From contig CAYFPJ010000002.1 of the NCBI GenBank assembly GCA_964344965.1, positions 1,068 to 65,067 of the forward strand: DNA of 64,000 nt. Reading direction: 5' to 3'. Position 1 is the first letter of the stretch. Each line of letters starts with the position of its first letter. The stretch is from an uncultured Gammaproteobacteria bacterium. GTDB taxonomy: Bacteria > Patescibacteriota > Patescibacteriia > Magasanikbacterales > UBA922. Below are positions 1 to 8,208 of the stretch, piece by piece. The notes under the pieces were generated by a model that had not been told where the DNA came from, made no database searches, and saw only the letters and a program-made list of their open reading frames with translations. The position numbers were made by a program, and so were the translations under genes.

Positions 1-516
1 AAATTCATAACGAAAACGAATTGGCTCACTCTCGGTATGAAAACCTTGGGTCAATTGATTGTGGCCACCCCTGGTCACTTCACCAACCACCCCTTGTCTG
101 CTGACCACAAATATACTAGACCACAAATTGTCACTAGGATGTGGAACAAAATCTGCCTGATAATAATCTGGATCAATGTTTTGCTTTGGCAGCCAATCTG
201 CCACTACATCACGAATAGTCATCCCTCGCATCCGTAATTTTTGGAGACCTTCTTTTTTTGGAATAAGTCGGAGAGCACAGTACTCATCACCACGCTCGTC
301 TAAAAAATTTAAAAATTCCTGACTTCGATTTACAACTTCAGATGCTTGGAAACTAGTAGGCTTATCAAATGGAAAAGGGATAATACTAGCCAGTTCTCCC
401 ATCCTTTCTCTCTTCCAATTATCCTCCTCTCGAAATCTTTCTGTGTCTTCATGATTAATATTAGCAAACCATTCTGACAATGAGATTTGTTTTTTGTACA
501 GGTTGGGGAGGTTCAT
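1..516 (-). CDS. hypothetical protein, C-terminus runs off the window edge; the candidate ATG is the complement of 514-516
   Basis: Manual translation of the minus strand gives MNLPNLYKKQISLSEWFANINHEDTERFREEDNWKRERMGELASIIPFPFDKPTSFQ... with no stop before coordinate 1. It is missing from the ORF track, presumably because it is edge-truncated. Confidence 0.4.
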   Translation of the reverse strand, partial: MNLPNLYKKQISLSEWFANINHEDTERFREEDNWKRERMGELASIIPFPFDKPTSFQASEVVNRSQEFLNFLDERGDEYCALRLIPKKEGLQKLRMRGMTIRDVVADWLPKQNIDPDYYQADFVPHPSDNLWSSIFVVSRQGVVGEVTRGGHNQLTQGFHTESEPIRFRYEF

Positions 517-695
517 AGGGTATTGAGATGTAGAAAAACAAGTCAGTAAGTTCTCTCTCCTTTTAGGAGAGAGACAGAGAGAGGTCTCGTCCGTTTTTTT
601 AAGTTTAATTTACAATTTCAATGATAGTTTAGCTTTGAGAGTGCGAGACCTCAACCTGTCCTTCTCCTACGAGGAGAAGGAACGTGCTGACACAC

Positions 696-1067
696 TCAAC
701 AAGCTTCCGAAAGCATCTCACACCAATCATCGATACATTGCAAAGCAATATCCCGTTCAAACAATATTTCATCATTCAAAAATCTAATAACTATGTATCC
801 TCTCGATTCCAGCCAACTCTGTCTCCTCCTATCATATTCTTTTTGATACTGATGAATTGGACCATCGAGTTCAATGATTAGCCGAAGTTCGTGACAATAA
901 AAATCGACAATAAATTTACCAATGCCAACCTGCCTACGAAATTTCCAATCACGTTTCGAAGCTCTAAGTTCTTGCCACAAAACATATTCAGCTTTTGTAT
1001 TCCTTCTACGCAACCTACGTCGAAATTCCTTCTTTTGTTCATCTTGGATATTTCTATCTCTTTTCAT
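696..1067 (-). CDS. DUF559 endonuclease-domain protein (PD-(D/E)XK, Vsr-like fold)
   Basis: 123 aa with the typical DUF559 signature region (...VDFYCHELRLIIELDGPIHQ...RRRQSWLESRGYIVIRF). Confidence 0.7.
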   Translation of the reverse strand: MKRDRNIQDEQKKEFRRRLRRRNTKAEYVLWQELRASKRDWKFRRQVGIGKFIVDFYCHELRLIIELDGPIHQYQKEYDRRRQSWLESRGYIVIRFLNDEILFERDIALQCIDDWCEMLSEAC

Positions 1068-1085
1068 AGCCCCTCCTATTTATAA

Positions 1086-2102
1086 TTACTTCCCCAAAGT
1101 AGTAATCGGTCGACTTTGGGTAATATAAAATTTGTCAGCAGCAAAAGCCCACTCAATGTCACAAGGAAATCCATAATGCTTCTCAATCTTCACACACAAC
1201 TCTGCTAATTCAATAATCTGCTTTCCAGTCAATTTTTGTTCCTTTCCTTCTTCCTTCAAATCAACCCACACATTGACATTCGTGTCATTCGCGTCGCCAA
1301 CATTCGTGCTATCCTTCACCAACATTTTTTTCTGATGAGCGACATTCACATCCAATAAGGACAGTTCAGACTTCGACACAACATACGAATCCGGTGTAAT
1401 CTGACCAGACACTATCGCTTCACCAAGACCAAGCCCAGCTTCGATGATCATTTGATCATAATCTTCTGTCACCGGGTGGACGGTAAAACATATGCCAGAA
1501 ATTTCAGACTGAATCATCTGCTGGATGACCACTGCCACAGATACTTGAGCGTCGATCAGACCTTTTTCATGACGATAAAAAATTGCCCGCGGTGTGAAAA
1601 GTGAAGCCCAGCATTTTTTGACATTTTCGACCACGTTTTCTCTCGTAATATTGAGAAAAGTATCCAGCTCCCCCGCCCAACTAGCAATCTCACTGTCCTC
1701 AGCCGTGGCACTACTGCGCACCGCCACAAGTGCGTTCCCCTCTCCTTTTAGGAGAGGGGTCAGGGGTGAGGTATTATCCGAAAATAGACCATCAAACCCA
1801 TTCAAAATCTCTTCACTCAAATCCTCTGGCATTGGAGTGTCATGAATGACATCACGCAAGATATTACTAGCCTTGTCGATACTATTCATGTCATCTGGAT
1901 TTACTTCAGCTAATTGGGATTTGATTTCGATATTAATATTTGTCTCCTCGATAAATCTGTCAAAAGCATCTGCAACCACGACAAAACCAGGCGGGGCTGG
2001 GATTCCAGCGTTGGTAAGTTCGCCAAGAGAAGCTCCTTTGCCGCCGGCAGTGGATACATCATTTTTTGATATTTTAGAAAAAATTTGAATATAACCAGAC
2101 AT
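1086..2102 (-). CDS. stand-alone PEP-utilising enzyme N-terminal (PEP synthase / PPDK nucleotide-binding) domain protein
   Basis: GGKGASLGEL, LVAVRSSATAEDS and CDIEWAF motifs match the N-terminal domain of pyruvate,water dikinase-family proteins. It carries an in-frame palindromic insert (see findings). Confidence 0.7.
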   Translation of the reverse strand: MSGYIQIFSKISKNDVSTAGGKGASLGELTNAGIPAPPGFVVVADAFDRFIEETNINIEIKSQLAEVNPDDMNSIDKASNILRDVIHDTPMPEDLSEEILNGFDGLFSDNTSPLTPLLKGEGNALVAVRSSATAEDSEIASWAGELDTFLNITRENVVENVKKCWASLFTPRAIFYRHEKGLIDAQVSVAVVIQQMIQSEISGICFTVHPVTEDYDQMIIEAGLGLGEAIVSGQITPDSYVVSKSELSLLDVNVAHQKKMLVKDSTNVGDANDTNVNVWVDLKEEGKEQKLTGKQIIELAELCVKIEKHYGFPCDIEWAFAADKFYITQSRPITTLGK

Positions 2103-2108
2103 GGTAGT

Positions 2109-2957
2109 TTATTTATACTTGCCACCTTCTATTTCCCGCTGTCCCTCAAAATCCCAACTTATATCGGCTCGACGTTCATTCATTGCCTGTACATATTCTT
2201 GCCTTGCCTCTGTATAATACTTTTCACGCCACTCATTGAGCGGCAAACGATATTCAAGCAGTCCTGGAAGCTCTGCTTGTAAAATTTCTTCAACCCAGGC
2301 ATCGTCTTCTCCTGATGGTTCTTCACCCTGCCTATTCCAAAGCGGTGCCTCTCTGTCATCAACCCATCGTCCACCTTTCTTTAATTCATTCCACATATTT
2401 GTGGTACGAATAAATTCTCGTGCCGCATCTTCACCACCTACTTTTCGCATACCGAGAAGAATAGTCCTCACATATGTCTGAGAAATAGGCCATAATTCTT
2501 GCGGCTTACGCTTCATAGCAGGTGCAGCGCAGTATACATCTGCATTTTCGGGTAATGCAAATCCTTCCCCCAATATTTCCATATCCTGTGGTTTGATCTT
2601 AATATAGCCAGATCCAGCCCCTTCTCTCTTGGCGAGCTTATTCCTAATATCTTCATCTGCTTCGACAAGTACACCATTTGTCGTGGCACCCTCTTGCTCT
2701 TCTACTCCGACGTAGGTGACAAATGTAGCTCCATCACCACCCCAAGTATCTTTACCAGGAGTAGAAGGGACTCCCGGCTCTCCACCAAGAGGATAAATGC
2801 GCCAAATCCAACCTCGCTGTAATCCATGAGCACGGACATATACTTCTTCCTGGTCTCCCCAACCTTCATCAGTTGATTCTCTACTACCACTACTTGCCAA
2901 ACTACCGTAGCCAAACATGTATATTTTTCTTTCTTGAGATAAATCTTTTTCTGACAT
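2109..2957 (-). CDS. ChaC/GGCT-like gamma-glutamylcyclotransferase-family protein
   Basis: N-terminal YMFGYGSL motif characteristic of ChaC/AIG2/GGCT folds. Higher GC than its neighbours. The match is to the family only. Confidence 0.5.
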   Translation of the reverse strand: MSEKDLSQERKIYMFGYGSLASSGSRESTDEGWGDQEEVYVRAHGLQRGWIWRIYPLGGEPGVPSTPGKDTWGGDGATFVTYVGVEEQEGATTNGVLVEADEDIRNKLAKREGAGSGYIKIKPQDMEILGEGFALPENADVYCAAPAMKRKPQELWPISQTYVRTILLGMRKVGGEDAAREFIRTTNMWNELKKGGRWVDDREAPLWNRQGEEPSGEDDAWVEEILQAELPGLLEYRLPLNEWREKYYTEARQEYVQAMNERRADISWDFEGQREIEGGKYK

Positions 2958-2960
2958 AAT

Positions 2961-4151
2961 TTATTTTTTAATTACTCCCAGCATCTGAAAGCAACCATCT
3001 TGCATCAGATTGGTGATAAGATTGTGTGAGGTGCGAGCCATTCCTCCTGCATATTTTCCATTGATCATATATGGTCCGAAATCATGGTTAGTTAATTTTT
3101 TTGTAATAAGACCTTTTTTTGTGATATAAGGCTCATATGATTTTGGAATTTTGATATATTCCTGAGCAATCCAACCACCATGCTTTAATCCTTTTTTAAT
3201 TATTTTTCTCCAAGATTGATCTGATTGCTCTATACCGATAAAGACATTGGCTCCGTAAGTACCGATTGATGGTTTAATAATTAATTTCTTTCTATTGTCT
3301 CTTATATACTCAAGCAAATCCACACTGTAACCAGTCATACCTGTAGTTTTTCTCTTTTCAATAATTCGTGTCCAAGGGCACATATTGCCCAAGATTTCTC
3401 TTTCTTTTGGTGTGATGTACTCGTCAAATTGTTCGTCCGTAAAGAAAGCAAAGAAGGCCTTATGAGCTAAGGCTGCAGAGCTAAGTGGATTGAGAATACA
3501 AACAGCATTGTCATATGATGCCCGTAAGAGATCTTGATAAAGCGGTCCAACTTCATTGAGCAGATGATCCATATCAAACCAGCGTAAGACTAGATCGTAC
3601 TGCGTACCATGATAATCTAGTTTACCATCTCTATAATGAACCTGAACTGGATCACCTACCACCACATGATGTCCCATCCTCTGCAATGCTTGGCAGATCA
3701 TGTCACTGTCTTGATTGTATTGGCCTCCCCAGCGGAGCATCAATATTGGAGGATGAGTATCTTTTCCTCCCCATGCCTGGTATTGTTTCATCAGACCAGC
3801 CCTAAGTTTTTTGTACCAATGGTTGTAATAAGTGATATTATGTTTTTTCTGAAATGTATTCCAAAATGGAAATTCTTCTATTACATTACCAAGCATCTCC
3901 ACCCATCCTGGTGTTGCTGCACAATTGGTGTTCAGCTCATACACTCGCAAGCCGTCTTCTGGTGTGAGGACACTGTCAAATCTACCAAATACAACAGGAT
4001 CATAAAATCCATGATCGGTCTTCAATAGTTTTATTTCTGTTTTGGTCAGGTTGAAATATTTTTGTAAATTTTTTGATTCTTGAAACAAATCACGCAGGCG
4101 ACACAATATTTTGAAATATGTTTCTGTACGCTTTTTGACATGCGTTTCCAT
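2961..4151 (-). CDS. glutathionylspermidine-synthase-family ATP-grasp ligase (YgiC/YjfC-like)
   Basis: Shares the ELNTNCAATPGW, KPSIGTYGANVFI and GGMARTSHNLITN blocks of E. coli YgiC (LENNADTPTS, KPIFSREGANVSI, GIGIREDRALIT). Confidence 0.7.
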   Translation of the reverse strand: METHVKKRTETYFKILCRLRDLFQESKNLQKYFNLTKTEIKLLKTDHGFYDPVVFGRFDSVLTPEDGLRVYELNTNCAATPGWVEMLGNVIEEFPFWNTFQKKHNITYYNHWYKKLRAGLMKQYQAWGGKDTHPPILMLRWGGQYNQDSDMICQALQRMGHHVVVGDPVQVHYRDGKLDYHGTQYDLVLRWFDMDHLLNEVGPLYQDLLRASYDNAVCILNPLSSAALAHKAFFAFFTDEQFDEYITPKEREILGNMCPWTRIIEKRKTTGMTGYSVDLLEYIRDNRKKLIIKPSIGTYGANVFIGIEQSDQSWRKIIKKGLKHGGWIAQEYIKIPKSYEPYITKKGLITKKLTNHDFGPYMINGKYAGGMARTSHNLITNLMQDGCFQMLGVIKK

Positions 4152-4199
4152 GGCTGGGGTGATGAAGCGAGGCTTAATGCCACCAGCGATGAATCTACC

Positions 4200-4348
4200 A
4201 ATAAAAGTAAATTTGGTTTAAGTAAGACTTCATCGGGCCATCCCCGCAGCAAGCTGCGGGGTATTGGCAGAAAATCTTATTTCAACCAATGTTAGTTTTC
4301 ACTTTTTCGATGCAAGCATCGAGGAATAAAACCGCTTAAAGATTAAAA
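4200..4348 (+). repeat. 149-nt structured interspersed repeat, copy A
   Basis: Near-identical to the copies at 18577, 20057, 41992 and 47828. Begins AATAAAAGTAAATTTGG and ends CCGCTTAAAGATTAAAA. Contains the hairpins CCCCGCAG-CAAG-CTGCGGGG and CGATG-CAAG-CATCG. Confidence 0.9.
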
Positions 4349-4520
4349 TATTTATTATCCTCCTTTATTTTATAGCCATTGAAATCTAAAAAATGTGGCA
4401 AGGTTTTTTTGGTCTTTATAAATTTCTTTCTAAATTCATTTATATATTCCAAATCAACTCTGTTGACCAGGTCGAATTCTTTTGGATCAATGATGTATTT
4501 TTTTGACATATGATTACCAA

Positions 4521-5918
4521 TTATACTTTGATAACATGCTTTTCAATGAATTTATCAATCCCCAACTCTTCAAATTCTTTGATCGACTTCATAGCTGGAG
4601 ATTCTCGCCTTTCTATTCTATCATATAGGGGCTCTAGATACTCTTCTTCTCCCAAGCCTCGTTGCTCTAAACCTTCTTTGGCAATATCGACAAGTTGGGT
4701 GGCAAGTGGAATGACTTCGTCTACTAATAAACTTTTTTCAATAGTTTTGTCACGAAGATCAATCCAGTATTGCCAGTCTTTTGAAGCGACCAGTGCTTCG
4801 GCCTTTTCAATATTCTCAATAATTCCTAAAACAAGTGCTGGTGCTGACATGATGCTTGACCATGGTTGCGAGGCAATGCAACGTGTTTCAATATATAATT
4901 TAGTCAGATTACCATCCAATAATTGATCTATCGAACCGTCTTCATACGATTTTTTGAATGACTCTAGTGTGATACTTTCATCAAATTCAAATCGGGGACG
5001 AGCCATTGGCCAACCGTACTGGAGTTGATCTGAGACATCAGCAATATTTGGAATAATGGTTGCTCTCTTTGATTCAGCAACATCAAAGCTTATCCATTTT
5101 TGCTTAGAAAAATATTGACCAATATTGTCCAATTCTCTTATGACATGAACATGTTTGCCAGCATCTCTGATAATCATGAAATGAGGCAAAGACCAGTTTC
5201 TCTCTACATATTTTTGTATATTTATAATTGGCTCAGTGGGAATACCGCGCAATCTTTGATGAAATTCATCATAACCGGTTGCCACAAGATTCCATCTATG
5301 TTCACGTTCTTCATGCACATCTAGAATTTGCTCAGATTCTATTGCAGAATTTGCACATATAGATACCATAACTCCAGACAAAGCATTAACCACATTAAAC
5401 ACTTTCATGGCGTCTTCGTAGTGCACATCAATACATACCTGATGAGCGGCAATATTTGAGAAATAATGGTGATACTCGGCCCAAATTTTAGTCCAGTAAA
5501 AACCCCTATACCAAATTTTTTCTGTTTTCAATTCAGGATAATAATATGGAGTCTTTGGTTGGACGCCAAGATCTATGAGGCCAACACTTAGCCCTTTTGC
5601 AACAGAAAGAAAATCCTTTAAGATAACCGCCATGTTTTGTTCACATTCTGAAATGGTGTCAAAGGGTAAAAAACCAAACTCCACTATGTTCACTCCCGTA
5701 TCAGTATTTATAACCACCTCTCTACCATCTTTCTGGGTATACAAAACCCCCACTGGCTGTTTTGTGCCGTAATCTTTGTATAACTTGACATGACTTTCTT
5801 CAGACCATTTTCTCCAGATCGATTTGATCTGGTCGCGATTTGCAGCTTCGCCTGTAGTGACATCAATCGCAAGAAACTCATATTCAAGCGCTATCTTTCT
5901 GTTTTTCATTTTTGTCAT
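4521..5918 (-). CDS. GCS2-family carboxylate-amine ligase (glutamate-cysteine ligase family 2, YbdK-like)
   Basis: N-terminal ALEYEFLAID matches the GCS2 ...ELE.Q..D block, and there is an internal HVHV motif as in YbdK (HVHVG). Confidence 0.6.
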   Translation of the reverse strand: MTKMKNRKIALEYEFLAIDVTTGEAANRDQIKSIWRKWSEESHVKLYKDYGTKQPVGVLYTQKDGREVVINTDTGVNIVEFGFLPFDTISECEQNMAVILKDFLSVAKGLSVGLIDLGVQPKTPYYYPELKTEKIWYRGFYWTKIWAEYHHYFSNIAAHQVCIDVHYEDAMKVFNVVNALSGVMVSICANSAIESEQILDVHEEREHRWNLVATGYDEFHQRLRGIPTEPIINIQKYVERNWSLPHFMIIRDAGKHVHVIRELDNIGQYFSKQKWISFDVAESKRATIIPNIADVSDQLQYGWPMARPRFEFDESITLESFKKSYEDGSIDQLLDGNLTKLYIETRCIASQPWSSIMSAPALVLGIIENIEKAEALVASKDWQYWIDLRDKTIEKSLLVDEVIPLATQLVDIAKEGLEQRGLGEEEYLEPLYDRIERRESPAMKSIKEFEELGIDKFIEKHVIKV

Positions 5919-6135
5919 ATTTCTTTTTTAAATTACCGACCAATTTATCCCTTTTTTGATCGACTAAAAAGTATAAATTTTGTTCCATTTTCATGACATT
6001 TTTAAGATACTCAAAATCAGCAATGGGCAACATCTTGTCTTCGATTGATTTTTTTATAATCATTTTTGCGCTATCTTCAAAAATATGGGTTTCATCCAAT
6101 AAGGTAAAAAATATTTTTGTGTCTTGATATTCCAT
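5884..6135 (-). CDS. small hypothetical protein (83 aa)
   Basis: ORF only; overlaps the start of the ligase gene by 35 nt; no recognisable motif. Confidence 0.2.
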   Translation of the reverse strand: MEYQDTKIFFTLLDETHIFEDSAKMIIKKSIEDKMLPIADFEYLKNVMKMEQNLYFLVDQKRDKLVGNLKKKYDKNEKQKDSA

Positions 6136-6149
6136 ATGTGTTTTTACTG

Positions 6150-7184
6150 TTATATTTCTCTGGTTGCACCCAAACGTTTTCTTTGGCGTCTGGCAGTGAG
6201 TTCAAGTAAGTTCATCCAAATCCTGCGAGCTTCAGCTGTATTACGAAGTAAAATTTCCTTTGGATCCAACCCCTCTTGTTCCATTGCATCTCCTCTAATT
6301 ATTTTAATCACATGCAACCAATGAGCGACAATATCTGGATGATTTTGAAGAGAGACCACCAGCTCATCATCCTGATCAGCTTCTAGCACACCCTGCCCCT
6401 CACGAAGTGGATGGGCATACCCTTGATGAGGAAAATAATCATTCCAAGCCACAACTTGAATATTGTCTTTTGAAGACGGAGTGATAATTCCTTCGCTGTG
6501 ACTGGCACTCATGGGAGTAGAACCACCATCATCCCAAAATCCCTGCAATAATTGAATTTGTTTACCGAGCCCTGCTTCATCTGGATATAAATCAGGTGTT
6601 CCGAATTCCCTAGTACCTCCACCCACCTTACCAAGAGTTGCACCTTCCGAACGCTGAAACAACTGATGACCAAGACATATCGCTAATCCAGGCACTCTAG
6701 CCTGTTTTAATTTATTCATCACCTCTACAACACGTTTCAACCATGGAGTATTTTCGGTCTCATTACCAGGGTCTAGTTCTGACGGCATATATGCTCCTCC
6801 GGTCGTTACCCAGACATCAGGATATGGTAGAGAAGATAGATCTATTTCTTGATTACGAAAAGCTTCCCAAATTTTTACCCTATCATCACCTTTTTCAAAA
6901 CCCATGAAATCCCTAATGGCACTACCATATGTGGTACGATCACTACCAGCAAATTGAAATTCCTTTGCTCTTCTGCTCAATTCCTCATCTCCACCTTTTC
7001 TTGGATCTTGAACTCCTCCTAGATCCATCACAAAGATGTGAGCATCACGTGCTAGCTGATCTGCTACAAATCTTCTTGCTTCTTCTCGATGTCTTTCGAT
7101 TGTTTCAATTTCTGCTGCAAGCTCTGTTTTTTGTTTTTCCCAAAATTCTGAGCTATACCCTTCTGGTTTTTTTATCTCTACCAT
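6150..7184 (-). CDS. class-I glutamine amidotransferase-like / peptidase C26 (gamma-glutamyl hydrolase-type) protein
   Basis: Nucleophile-elbow motif PGLAICLGHQL and a downstream LQNHPD motif (cf. FHPE) of GATase1/C26 enzymes such as PuuD. Confidence 0.6.
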   Translation of the reverse strand: MVEIKKPEGYSSEFWEKQKTELAAEIETIERHREEARRFVADQLARDAHIFVMDLGGVQDPRKGGDEELSRRAKEFQFAGSDRTTYGSAIRDFMGFEKGDDRVKIWEAFRNQEIDLSSLPYPDVWVTTGGAYMPSELDPGNETENTPWLKRVVEVMNKLKQARVPGLAICLGHQLFQRSEGATLGKVGGGTREFGTPDLYPDEAGLGKQIQLLQGFWDDGGSTPMSASHSEGIITPSSKDNIQVVAWNDYFPHQGYAHPLREGQGVLEADQDDELVVSLQNHPDIVAHWLHVIKIIRGDAMEQEGLDPKEILLRNTAEARRIWMNLLELTARRQRKRLGATREI

Positions 7185-7195
7185 ATATCTTTAAA

Positions 7196-7999
7196 TTATT
7201 TCAAATATTCCCTCCACACTCTCCCCAACCCCCCAATCAAATCCTCCGCATTATAAAAAGTTCCTTTTTCATTTGCCAACTTCTCCCCTGTCAAACCAAC
7301 CAGATGAGAGCCTGCCAAAGTAGAATCAAGCAAATCATTGGTAGTAGAGAGGGCTGCAATAGTGCTGGAAAAGACATCACCAGTCCCTCCCTTCGTCATC
7401 CCGACATGACCACTTTTATTTTCCCACAATTCTTTTCCATCACTAATATAATCATGCTTGCCAGTAAGAGCAATAATGCAATTATATTTTGCAGCCATTT
7501 TCTGGACATTCTCGGCATTGGCTTCACAACCAAAAACATTGGCAAATTCTCTAGAGTGTGGTGTAAGGATGCAATTACTATGCAGACAATCTGGCTTGAC
7601 ATGCCAGAGAGCTGTGGCATCGATCACTATTTTTTTATTTGGATACTTATGTAGGATATCGTGAACTAGTGCAATAGTCTCGGAAGTTTCCGGCAATCCA
7701 GGACCAATCAGAATACTATCAACTATCTCGACAGTCTTGAATAATTCTTTTTTTGACACTCCGATAAATGTTGATATTTCACTTCGCAATTTTTTTATCA
7801 GCTTCAAATTTTCTCTTGTAGAATGAACATAGACCATGTCGACAATCCGCGAAGCAGTCTGTACAGATAGCAGAAGAGCCCCATGAAATTTATCAGAGCC
7901 AGCAATTACAAGAAGTCGGCCATTTTGACCTTTATGACTGTCTGGATTAGCTTGTTGTAATCTAGAAAAAATTGATTTGTCTATAGCCTGCATACACAC
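7196..7999 (-). CDS. nnrD: ADP-dependent NAD(P)H-hydrate dehydratase (YjeF C-terminal domain family); the likely true start is the ATG at 7993
   Basis: SHKGQNGRLLVIAGS... and ...GGTGDVFSS motifs of the carbohydrate-kinase-like NnrD domain. Confidence 0.8.
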   Translation of the reverse strand: MCMQAIDKSIFSRLQQANPDSHKGQNGRLLVIAGSDKFHGALLLSVQTASRIVDMVYVHSTRENLKLIKKLRSEISTFIGVSKKELFKTVEIVDSILIGPGLPETSETIALVHDILHKYPNKKIVIDATALWHVKPDCLHSNCILTPHSREFANVFGCEANAENVQKMAAKYNCIIALTGKHDYISDGKELWENKSGHVGMTKGGTGDVFSSTIAALSTTNDLLDSTLAGSHLVGLTGEKLANEKGTFYNAEDLIGGLGRVWREYLK

Positions 8000-8074
8000 T
8001 ATATTGTGCGTAATTTTATGTATAAAGTCAAATTACGATTACTAAACATAACTGACTTAGATCATAAAACACAA

Positions 8075-8186
8075 AAACTAGGGAATAGAACACGGATGAC
8101 ACGGATCTAATGGATTGACACGGATAAAATCTATTAAAATCCGTTTGATCCGTGTGCCGAAGGCCTGTGTGCTATTCCCTAGTTTT
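8075..8186. repeat. 112-nt long hairpin with perfect 15-bp terminal inverted repeats and internal ACACGGAT direct and inverted repeats
   Basis: AAAACTAGGGAATAG...CTATTCCCTAGTTTT. The interior holds three ACACGGAT units followed by two complementary ATCCGT units. Lies between two minus-strand genes. Confidence 0.8.
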
Positions 8187-8208
8187 ATGATTCAAAGTAA
8201 TTACAAAA

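Noticed and set aside
3636-4028. 130-aa plus-strand ORF, plus other 60-150-aa ORFs antisense to annotated genes (e.g. 4510..4926, 18666..19034, 21053..21406, 39639..40040, 43514..43912, 51777..52229)
   Set aside because: All are embedded antisense in genes with clear homology-supported frames. None has a recognisable motif.
6929-7654. 241-aa plus-strand ORF
   Set aside because: It lies antisense to two well-supported minus-strand genes (the GATase-like gene and nnrD). Its translation is low-complexity (L/F/Q-rich) with no motif, so it is a typical shadow ORF.
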